The notes under the pieces are model-generated. The model saw only the letters and a program-made list of their open reading frames with translations. It made no database searches and was not told the DNA's origin. Of a stretch of 13,837 nt of DNA, positions 1 through 7,061 are shown piece by piece. Made by a program: the position numbers and the translations under genes. How positions within the stretch are numbered: position 1 is the first letter of the stretch; each line of letters begins with the position of its first letter. Origin of the DNA: an uncultured Verrucomicrobiales bacterium (GTDB lineage: Bacteria > Verrucomicrobiota > Verrucomicrobiia > Verrucomicrobiales > DEV007); the NCBI GenBank assembly GCA_938091905.1, contig CALKOM010000037.1, positions 1 through 13,837 of the forward strand, given 5' to 3'.

Positions 1-129
1 CGCATCACGTCGGGAAAGATTGAAGGATTCAACAATCTTGTTTCAAGAGTGGTGCATCGGGCCTGCGGAATCACTAACATGGATTACGCATGGTTGAAAT
101 TTCGGCAGCTCTCCATCCAGCAAACTTGA
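1..129 (+). CDS. ISL3-family transposase, C-terminal 42 aa (runs in from the left edge; not in the ORF track)
   Basis: Frame 1 reads RITSGKIEGFNNLVSRVVHRACGITNMDYAWLKFRQLSIQQT*, matching the ISL3 transposase C-terminal pattern T-x-G-x-x-E-G-x-N-N...R-A-x-G. Stop TGA at 127-129. Confidence 0.8.
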   Translation, partial: RITSGKIEGFNNLVSRVVHRACGITNMDYAWLKFRQLSIQQT

Positions 130-138
130 CGGAGCGCC
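1..138 (+). mobile_element. Right end of an ISL3-family insertion sequence
   Basis: The transposase stop is followed by ...GGAGCGCC (5'-GG terminus on the minus strand, as in ISL3) and then AT-rich AAACTAAA (139-146, candidate 8-bp target duplication), where symporter homology begins. Confidence 0.7.
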
Positions 139-611
139 AAACTAAAGAGCCCGTAAGAGAAGGGCTAGTAGCAATGCTCGGTCCAATCATTGATACGCTG
201 CTCATATGCACGGCGACTGCTCTAGCGATTTTAGTTTCAGGTGTATGGGAAAGTAGCTCGAACAATGGAGTAACTCTAACGGCAAATGCATTGTATGCCT
301 TACTGGGAGCACCAGGCCTCTTAGTCGTGGTAATATGTACCGTCTGTTTTTCAGTAACCACTATTATAACTTATTCATTCTATGGGAGTCAATGTGCGAG
401 CTACTTATTTGGCGCACGAAATGGTAGCAACTATCGCTGGGTATTTACCGGATTTATTGTGATTTCCAGCGTAATCTCCCTTGAAACAGCGATCAGCCTG
501 ATCGACATCGCGTTTGCATTAATGGCGATTCCAACCATGATTTCCTCGATGCTGTTGGCACCCAAAGTTAAAGCTGCTGCTGAGGACTATTTTTCGAGGC
601 TCCGGAGCTGA
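139..611 (+). pseudogene. 3' part of an alanine/glycine:cation symporter (AGCS/AlsT family), interrupted by ISL3
   Basis: TKEPVREGLVAMLGPIIDTLLICTATALAIL...FSVTTIITYSFYG...ALMAIPTMIS...LAPKV is the AGCS C-terminal third. The first 17 aa of ORF 90..611 are IS-derived and lack the expected GSAPIAHAAA motif. Confidence 0.85.
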
Positions 612-834
612 CGCTCGATTTTGTTCGTTGTCTTAAAATTATCCCAGGATGATGGGCATGGTTGTCCGCGTGTGCGGTGTCTGAAGTGGTTGCTCGAAAT
701 GCCGCGTTCTCCTACTGACTTATACGATCGCTGTGGAAACCATGAGGGTGAAGTGGTCTCCTTTTTGTAGCCAGTCTTTTCGTAGTTTTATTGTAGAGTA
801 TTCGTTAGACTCGTCGCGGTGCTTTGCGGCGGCG

Positions 835-1695
835 TTAGGCCGCCAGGGTTTGTGGTGAACCGTAGATTGACCACGGTGTCTGATACTTCAGATGCTGATG
901 TTTCCGCTGGTGGTTGTAGTAGCGTATCCATTCGTCAATGTGCGTCCTGAGCTCGGGGATGCTGTCGTAGCTCCAAAGCCTTGTTTTCTCAACCTTGAGG
1001 CTACGCCATAGGCGTTCGATGAAGACGTTGTCCATCCAACGCCCCTTACCGTCCATGCTCACCTTGATCCCTTTGGACTCTATCTCTTTCGTCCACTCTG
1101 CACTCGTGAACTGGCTTCCCTGGTCTGTGTTGAAGATCTTTGGCCGCCGCACGCTCCCAAGCGCCTTCGCCAGTGCTCGCAAGCACATCCCGGTATCCGC
1201 TGTGTTACTCAATTCCCAGCTCAGCACGGCTCGACTGTGCCAATCCATGACGGCAATTAAATAGGCGTGCCCTGTGGCCATTGGGATGTAGGTGATGTCC
1301 GTGCACCAGACCTCGTCCACCTTACTGACCTTTCGGTGACGCAGGAGATAAGGGTAGATTTTATGCCCTTTACCGGGCGCACTGAGCTGAGGCTTCGGAG
1401 CAATAGCTTCAATGCCCCTCGTTTTTATCAGACGACGTAGTCGCTTTCGTCCAATGGCGATGCCTTGATCTCGAAGCTCTCGGATAAGCTTCCGCTGTCC
1501 CAAGAATGGCCTGCGTGTGTGGAGTTCATCCAGACACTTCATCATCTTTCGATCCTTCAGCGAAGTCGGTGTTGGCTTCGATGTTAGGCGGTTGCAATTG
1601 ACTCCTGAAAGAGCACTATGCCTTCGTATCGAGAACTTGGAATGCTGGGTCTCGATCATGGCTTTTCGCTGAGATCGAGACCCAGCTCCTCGCAC
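835..1695 (-). CDS. IS3-family transposase OrfB (DDE integrase core)
   Basis: WCTDITYIPM, FNTDQGSQFTS and DNVFIERLWRSLK provide the D-D-E triad; C-terminal YYNHQRKHQHL. Probably expressed as the OrfAB frameshift fusion. Confidence 0.95.
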   Translation of the reverse strand: MRGAGSRSQRKAMIETQHSKFSIRRHSALSGVNCNRLTSKPTPTSLKDRKMMKCLDELHTRRPFLGQRKLIRELRDQGIAIGRKRLRRLIKTRGIEAIAPKPQLSAPGKGHKIYPYLLRHRKVSKVDEVWCTDITYIPMATGHAYLIAVMDWHSRAVLSWELSNTADTGMCLRALAKALGSVRRPKIFNTDQGSQFTSAEWTKEIESKGIKVSMDGKGRWMDNVFIERLWRSLKVEKTRLWSYDSIPELRTHIDEWIRYYNHQRKHQHLKYQTPWSIYGSPQTLAA

Positions 1696-2018
1696 TTTTT
1701 TTCGAGGAATTCCTTCTCGATGACGAACTGGCCAACTTTCTGCTCAAGGCGCTGTTCGTATTTTTCTTTGATCGCGAGCTCTGACTTTGCGTGATTCTTG
1801 TCCGCAAAGATTTCCGGCACGCGTCCCTCTAGCTCATTCTTCCATGGACTCACTTGCGTTGGGGCCAGCTCATTGGCTTGAGCAATCTCGTTGATCGTCT
1901 TGATGCCTTGGAGTGCTTCAATGGCAATTCGCGCGTTGAACTCAGGCGTGAGATGTCTTCTCTTTCCTTTCGTCTGTTTTGTGTGGGTTGACCACCACAG
2001 ACGGGTCTTCGAAATCAC
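1656..2018 (-). CDS. IS3-family transposase OrfA (HTH); true start uncertain, probably near 1973
   Basis: KRRHLTPEFNARIAIEALQGIKTINEIA...PTQVSPWK...LEQKVGQFVIEKEFLEKK is a typical OrfA HTH plus coiled-coil tail. Confidence 0.9.
   Translation of the reverse strand: MISKTRLWWSTHTKQTKGKRRHLTPEFNARIAIEALQGIKTINEIAQANELAPTQVSPWKNELEGRVPEIFADKNHAKSELAIKEKYEQRLEQKVGQFVIEKEFLEKKCEELGLDLSEKP
1695..1702 (-). promoter_or_regulatory. -1 programmed frameshift slippery site A7G
   Basis: The minus strand reads GAAAAAAAG at the orfA/orfB overlap (A_AAA_AAG heptamer), the established IS3-family recoding signal. Confidence 0.85.
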
Positions 2019-2055
2019 AATAACTACTTGGCTCCATCTGGGGCTACCACTTCAG

Positions 2056-2706
2056 TCAGGCCCGGTAGCCGACAATGTCGCCGCGCACCCCTTCTTTGCA
2101 AAAGTCTCCCGCGAATTCTGGAGGGGCTAGGACGGCAAGATTGGGGGATACTTTCCCCACATCGAGCCTGCCTTTCTACCGTTCTTTGAAGGCGTCCCAG
2201 AGTCGCTGTTTAATGGTCAGTTAGCTTCTCTATCCCACTGGGCTGAGGCGTTGGGACACAAGGAATCGGCAGACGACCCTCAAGCTTTTGCTAGAGTGGT
2301 TTTACAAGCCACGGCTCATGTGGATCCGTTGGCCCTTGGTTTGCATGAAGCCCTGCAGCGACCCAATTGCTATTGGGTTGACATTGATCCGCAGCAAGCG
2401 GCAGGACCTATTATTCCGCAGATCTCAGATTACAGAAATACCAAAAACGGATTAGTGTCTCTGTTATTAACGCGTGCAGTTGCCCACCTGGAATTGGACG
2501 ATAGTAAAGCGGCAACAAGAGAACTGCTCACAATGATCCAACTTAGCAAGATTCTTCCCTCTGATCTGAGCTTGGTCGGAGTATTGGTATCGACAACCAT
2601 CTCGCGAATTGCAGCAACTCACCTACCAGGGCTCTTGGTTCATCCAGGCCGGAGTGATCATGATTTGGCAAGGCTTGGAGAGGTTATCGAAACTTTTTCT
2701 CACTGA
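2056..2706 (+). pseudogene. Fragment of a hypothetical helical protein, cut by IS3 at the 5' side and by repeat copy A at the 3' side
   Basis: One frame runs from SGPVADNVAAHPFF through a single TAG (2128-2130) into GQLASLSHWAEAL and ORF 2251..2706 (LLTRAVAHLE...LSLVGVLVSTTISRIA). There is no start codon, and the stop overlaps the first base of the repeat. Confidence 0.65.
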
Positions 2707-2843
2707 CTCTTATGAAACTGGTTTGCACAACCCCGTTTCATCCATGTCTTTCCGAGGCCGTGGACTTGAGGGGCGCTGCTAGGAAATTGCTATTCTTCTA
2801 TGGGCTCAGATTCGCCGCATTGCCAGGGATTGGAGGGGGGTCA
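2706..2843 (+). repeat. Junction repeat copy A (72-bp left unit plus ~63-bp CTAG module)
   Basis: 2706-2777 is identical to 10979-11050. 2776-2838 matches 6424-6486 at 57/63 and 11049-11111 at 55/63 (manual count). Confidence 0.95.
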
Positions 2844-2875
2844 GCTCATCATGACCACGGAGTAGAGCCTTAGCC

Positions 2876-5143
2876 TTACTCGATAACGACGTCATCGATG
2901 TACCAGCCCGCTCCAACATTGTCGTCGCCATCTGCTAAGAGACGAAACTCAAGGATGATCTTCTGATTCCGAATCTCTAAGGGGAAGGTGATTTCGAGGG
3001 GAGTCCATGTCTCGGTGCGTCCTGAGAAGATCTCTTGGCGTGCGAAGATAGGTTCTCCGGCTTCGTTTAGAATCCGGAGTTGGCCCCCTTCCGCATCTTG
3101 AACGGAATCGATGTAATATTGAAAGCTCAGCTTTGGCCGTTTCACTTCGGTGAGATCGATCACAGGAGACCGCAGACTCGTCACCGAGTCGGGCGTGTAA
3201 TTGCCGGCAAGGTTCGTTCCCCAAGCATTCTCGCCGTTGGCTGCTGCCGTGAGCGTGTCTGTGTTAGGCGTTCCAAGTTCCCATTGGGTGTCACCTGCAG
3301 CCGTGTCCACAATCCACCCTTCGGCACCAGTCTCAAAGTCATCCGCATACGCAGCTGGAGGAGGGAAAATGGCCACTCGATAGTGTTGTTGGGGCTCCGC
3401 GCCGGCCGCAGTCGTGAATCGTAGTAGGCCATTATCGAATTCTGATAGGGAGGCGCTGTCATCGGCCACCCAATCGGTGAGATTCTCACTGCGTTGCAGC
3501 ACGTGGATGGCGTTTGCATCCAGTGTCACAAAATCGAACGTGTGTTCGGACGTGCCTACGTTTACACTGACAATCTCAAATGGCAAGGCAGGTCCGGCGG
3601 CCAAGTGATCCGTGCCTACCAGCTCCCATTGACCTGCTTCCACGTCACCGATCTTGGTGTCTTCGTCTGCGAGAAACTTGCCTTTTGCAAAGTACAATTC
3701 ACCATGCTTGCCACCACCGACGGCATCATACCAGAAGAACTCGATCGGGTAAGTGCCAGCCTCTGGGAAATTGACCACGGCGCGCGAGTTGGAGTCGTCG
3801 GTGACGCCTCGAAATCCGTACGTGTCAGGGGACAAGGCATCAACTTGCGCACGTCCAGCTTCTTCGCCAAATTCGACGCCATAAATTCGCAAGCCAAATC
3901 CATCAGCAGAATGCACGCCGAAGGTGTATTCTCCCGGCTCGGCAATGATAAGGTGACTTCTGTGTGAAACGATAAAATCTCTGCCAGTCCAAAGTAGGTC
4001 CTCGTCCAGCTCGACTTCTTCAGGCAACAGTTGCTGAGGCTCGAGGAATAATCCGCCATCCAAGTCGTTGACGACTGCTGCAAAGGTATCGAATACGCGG
4101 CCTGCAAAATCAGCATTGTCAGACGCCTGAAGTAAGGCAACGGCCGTATCGATGTCATCAGTGCTACCCGCTCCCCAAACATAGCGTACGCCCCACATCC
4201 CACCGATGCCATCGGGACCAACGAGCGGCGTATTGAACGGCATCAAGGTCGTATCCAGAACAAAGTTGCCATCGCCAGAGCGGGTCGCATCATTGCCATT
4301 CGTGTCTTTGGCGACCAGGTTGAAGGTGTGTGCCGTTCCGGGGTCCCAACTTTCAGTCGGCTCGTGGGCAATCAGAACCCCTCCTTCTAGATCAGTGATA
4401 GTAGGCACGACTTCGATCCCATCGACTGTGAGCACGACGGATTCCTTGTCGAGGATACTCTGACTAGAGTTCTGAATTTCGAAGCGCAATCCCTCTTGTG
4501 AACTTCTCGTAATCCGACTGACAAGCAGCAACTCAATGGCTCCGCCATCACCGGCTGTCTGCCTGATAATGATGCCACTGATACCACCACTGTTGTCTTC
4601 CAGATGCTTGTACCAAAGAGCCTCTCCGGCACTCACATTCACTTCTACCGTGGAACTGCCGCCCGCGAAACTTTCCGTATTCGCTTCGGCCGGTTCCTCA
4701 CCACTCCAAATCTTGGCGAACTGATCCGCATCCGTGGTTCGTCCTTCAAAAACCGTCACATTGTAAGTGCCTGCTGGTAAACCATCGATTCGCATCCGAG
4801 CTTCTGAGCCCGCGGCATCCGTATTCTTGAAAAAGTAGTCATCACGCGCTTCAACCGGCACTGTCACACTATCATACTCAGCGCCTTCATTGGGAGCCCC
4901 GCGATTGTTCGGTCCAAAGCCATCGTCCAGCGCGGTGATGGTGACACCCCCACCGAGTTCTACGGTCTCATCTTGATTCAACACATCAATCGAGGTCCAC
5001 GGTGCCCCAGGAGCTCCTGCGCCATTGCCTTCGTCCCCACCAAAGTCGATCAGGAAGTCAGCAGCTGGCGCAGCCTGAATCGCAAGGACTGCAAGCGCGG
5101 CGACGAGGCCGAGAGAAGAGCGAGATTGCTTGGTATGAGTCAT
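2876..5143 (-). CDS. Secreted multidomain protein (755 aa) with a PA14-like domain and a C-terminal MAM/immune-inhibitor-A-like jelly-roll domain
   Basis: ATG at 5143 gives a signal peptide MTHTKQSRSSLGLVAALAVLAIQAAPA-A. PA14-like GEYTFGVHSADGFGLRI...GTYPIEFFWY. C-terminal DDFETGAEGW...WELGTP...WGTNLAGNY...LRSPVIDL...GWYIDDV. Acidic composition. Confidence 0.8.
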   Translation of the reverse strand: MTHTKQSRSSLGLVAALAVLAIQAAPAADFLIDFGGDEGNGAGAPGAPWTSIDVLNQDETVELGGGVTITALDDGFGPNNRGAPNEGAEYDSVTVPVEARDDYFFKNTDAAGSEARMRIDGLPAGTYNVTVFEGRTTDADQFAKIWSGEEPAEANTESFAGGSSTVEVNVSAGEALWYKHLEDNSGGISGIIIRQTAGDGGAIELLLVSRITRSSQEGLRFEIQNSSQSILDKESVVLTVDGIEVVPTITDLEGGVLIAHEPTESWDPGTAHTFNLVAKDTNGNDATRSGDGNFVLDTTLMPFNTPLVGPDGIGGMWGVRYVWGAGSTDDIDTAVALLQASDNADFAGRVFDTFAAVVNDLDGGLFLEPQQLLPEEVELDEDLLWTGRDFIVSHRSHLIIAEPGEYTFGVHSADGFGLRIYGVEFGEEAGRAQVDALSPDTYGFRGVTDDSNSRAVVNFPEAGTYPIEFFWYDAVGGGKHGELYFAKGKFLADEDTKIGDVEAGQWELVGTDHLAAGPALPFEIVSVNVGTSEHTFDFVTLDANAIHVLQRSENLTDWVADDSASLSEFDNGLLRFTTAAGAEPQQHYRVAIFPPPAAYADDFETGAEGWIVDTAAGDTQWELGTPNTDTLTAAANGENAWGTNLAGNYTPDSVTSLRSPVIDLTEVKRPKLSFQYYIDSVQDAEGGQLRILNEAGEPIFARQEIFSGRTETWTPLEITFPLEIRNQKIILEFRLLADGDDNVGAGWYIDDVVIE

Positions 5144-5158
5144 GGTGGATTTGATAGT

Positions 5159-5213
5159 GATTATGATTATGATTATGATTGGGACTGACACTGACACTGG
5201 CACTGGCACTGAC
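5159..5213. repeat. Two adjacent hexamer tandem repeats, (GATTAT)3+GATT and (ACTGRC)5
   Basis: GATTAT x3 + GATT at 5159-5180; ACTGAC ACTGAC ACTGGC ACTGGC ACTGAC at 5184-5213, just upstream of the ATG at 5143. Confidence 0.9.
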
Positions 5214-5260
5214 GCACGGCACGCAAGAAAAGCACAGCCTGCGTTCACGACTGCATGATT

Positions 5261-5311
5261 GGAGTTCGCCTCAACTCCGACAAGAATTCTTGATCTCGAC
5301 CACTGTGGTCG
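5261..5311. promoter_or_regulatory. Cluster of three palindromes in a divergent intergenic region; candidate operators
   Basis: GGAGTT-N6-AACTCC (5261-5278), CAAGAATTCTTG (5281-5292) and CGACCAC-T-GTGGTCG (5297-5311), immediately upstream of the regulator ATG at 5333. Confidence 0.45.
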
Positions 5312-5332
5312 TTTGGGGTACAGATTGCCCAT

Positions 5333-6430
5333 ATGGATTCGATTCGTATTCACTCCCCGGCAGACCAGGTGGCCTCCCAATTACGGGAGCAGATTCTCAA
5401 GGGGAAACTGAGCGGAGAAATGCCAGGCATACACCAGATCGCGAAGGATCTGGCAATCGGCTCCAAGACCGTCATCGCGGCTTTAAAGATGCTAGAGCAC
5501 GATGGAGTGCTAGTGGGGCAGGGCCCGCGTCGACGGCGGCGAATAGTGTTGCCTGCGAGTTTCGCTCCACGTGCTCTACGGGTGGCAGTGCTACCCTTCG
5601 ATTCTCCGGCCCGAGGCACGGACTACTTCATTGAACTGCGTCACCTGCTTGAGGCAGCTGGGCACGCTCCCTTCTTTCCCGACAAGACCCTGACAGAATT
5701 TGGAATAAACATCGGCCGCGTCGCCCGCTTCGTTAAGAAGACCAAGGCAGATGCCTGGGTGGTTAGCGCCGGTGCACGGGAGGTGCTCGAATGGTTCGCG
5801 CAGCAAGAGACTCCTGCCTTCGCCCACTTTGGGCATCGCGTCGGCCTGCCGATCGCTGGCACCGGGCCGGACAAAGGGCCGGCCATCGCCGAGGCGACTC
5901 GCCGCTTACTTGCGATCGGACATCGCCGGATTTCATTCCTGTGTCGCCGTCAACTTCGTCTGCCGCAGCCTGTACTTGCCGTGCGCACCTTTCTTGGCGA
6001 GCTCGAGGCCGCCGGCGTCGCCACTGGCGCGTTCAACATGCCGGATTGGGAAGAGAGCAAAAAAGACTTCGGGAAACTCCTCGAATCGCTGTTCAGATCC
6101 ACGCCTCCCACGGCCCTAATCCTCGATGAACCGTTTCTCTACCATGCTGCTCATCACCACCTTGCCGGGTGGGGCCTACGAGTGCCACAGGACGTCTCGC
6201 TGATCTGCACTGACGCCGCCCCAGACTTCGCCTGGTGCCAGCCCTCAGTCGCCCACATCCGCTGGGATTACCGCATGGTGATACGTCGCATCGTGCGCTG
6301 GGCCAACAACGTCGCCCGAGGCAAGAACGACCGTCGGCAAACCTTCACCAAGGCCGAGTTTGTCGAGGGTGGCACGATTGGGCCCGCGCCAGTCCGAAAC
6401 CATCGTCCAAAGCGGACACGAAACTGCTAG
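5333..6430 (+). CDS. Transcriptional regulator with an N-terminal GntR-type wHTH and a LacI-like periplasmic-binding-protein effector domain
   Basis: ADQVASQLREQILKG...MPGIHQIAKDLAIGSKTVIAALKMLEHDGVL (GntR HTH); RRLLAIGHRRI, PPTALI, GLRVPQDVSLIC (LacI-type sensor); ends FVEGGTIGPAP. The stop codon is the TAG of repeat copy C. Confidence 0.9.
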   Translation: MDSIRIHSPADQVASQLREQILKGKLSGEMPGIHQIAKDLAIGSKTVIAALKMLEHDGVLVGQGPRRRRRIVLPASFAPRALRVAVLPFDSPARGTDYFIELRHLLEAAGHAPFFPDKTLTEFGINIGRVARFVKKTKADAWVVSAGAREVLEWFAQQETPAFAHFGHRVGLPIAGTGPDKGPAIAEATRRLLAIGHRRISFLCRRQLRLPQPVLAVRTFLGELEAAGVATGAFNMPDWEESKKDFGKLLESLFRSTPPTALILDEPFLYHAAHHHLAGWGLRVPQDVSLICTDAAPDFAWCQPSVAHIRWDYRMVIRRIVRWANNVARGKNDRRQTFTKAEFVEGGTIGPAPVRNHRPKRTRNC

Positions 6431-6494
6431 GAAATTGCTTTTCGTCCATGGGGTCAGATTCGCCGCATTGCTAGGAATTGGAGGGGCAATTTCT
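6424..6494 (+). repeat. Junction repeat copy C (CTAG module only)
   Basis: 59/63 identical to 11049-11111 and shares a trailing CAATTTCT with copy B. Contains TGCTAGGAA twice, with the CTAGs 44 bp apart (6427, 6471). Confidence 0.95.
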
Positions 6495-6620
6495 GCTTTC
6501 ATAGGTGTAATTATCGTGGATTTTTATTTTATGGGTGCTGAGATTGCTTTGCAGACTGCGCTTTTTGGTGCTTTATCTTGTGGGGCGTTCGTTCTGGCTT
6601 CTATAAGAGGTTGGCTATAG
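6495..6620 (+). pseudogene. Possible 3' fragment of a small membrane protein gene
   Basis: T-rich stretch reading AFIGVIIVDFYFMGAEIALQTALFGALSCGAFVLASIRGWL* (two hydrophobic segments), starting abruptly at the edge of repeat C. Confidence 0.35.
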
Positions 6621-6680
6621 CGAGGCAGCCATAAGCGACGAGGTGGCTCGTATTGGGTGGTAGGTTGGAACGGGAGCTTG

Positions 6681-6761
6681 GAGCCATTCTAGCTGGCCTT
6701 ACTCTCCCTTCTCCTCCTTGGATTAGCCTCCTTGTTCGCGGTGAGACGCCAACGCCGCTAA
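6681..6761 (+). pseudogene. Orphan PEP-CTERM-like sorting-signal remnant
   Basis: Translates as EPF*LALLSLLLLGLASLFAVRRQRR*: EP, then a transmembrane helix, an Arg cluster and a stop, with no upstream gene body. Confidence 0.6.
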
Positions 6762-6888
6762 CGCGATTCCAATTTTTCTTTTGGTAGGACGGAGGTGATG
6801 TTTATGACATCTACCCTTGAGAATCTGCACGCCAAATCGAGCAATGAGATGTTTGCGAATGTTAACATTAACAATATCGTATTAGAAA

Positions 6889-6937
6889 CTGCTAGAAACT
6901 TGCTTTTGGCGAGGGGGCTTTGAAGCCGGATTAGACC
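6889..6937 (+). repeat. Junction repeat copy D (diverged)
   Basis: CTGCTAGAAACTTGCTTTTGGCG...TTGAA..CG.ATT.GACC; 34/49 ungapped identity to copy E (9253-9301). Confidence 0.7.
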
Positions 6938-7061
6938 CAGAGGATAACAATCCAATCTAGGTCGAACCCATATTAGGGACAAAAAATCTCCCACCTATTT
7001 GATCAATCAAAAGCACGCTTTCGACCTAAATTCCTGGCCGCAACATCGCGAGTACCACGAG

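Larger units (their letters stand above)
749..2054 (-). mobile_element. IS3-family insertion sequence, 1306 bp (alternative outer end at 682)
   Basis: Terminal inverted repeats TGAAGTGGT...TG(T/G)AGCCA at 749 and as the reverse complement ending at 2054 (5'-TG...CA-3'), enclosing overlapping orfA and orfB. Confidence 0.92.

Noticed and set aside
2121..2132. GAGGGGCTAGGA as a sixth repeat copy
   Set aside because: No downstream AATTGC/CGCATTG similarity; the same reading frame continues on both sides, so it is a simple nonsense codon.
2752..2769. CCGAGGCCGTGGACTTGA resembles the reverse complement of a tRNA-Leu 3' end (possible att core)
   Set aside because: It needs a 2-nt insertion and lacks both the TGGTG (CCA end) and the ACC completing the T-arm; too weak without a search.
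2712..2873. Small ORF MKLVCTTPFHP...RKLLFFYGLRFAALPGIGG running through repeat A (similar frames in ORFs 6360..6620 and 10883..11152), considered as a possible small toxin or peptide
   Set aside because: Differences between copies are not mainly synonymous, the C-termini are unrelated, copy C lacks the ATG and copy E has a stop in this frame. It is best explained as translation of a non-coding repeat.
5144..5380. 79-aa N-terminal extension of the 834-aa ORF
   Set aside because: It overlaps the divergent regulator start and translates the hexamer repeats; ATG 5143 gives a clean signal peptide.
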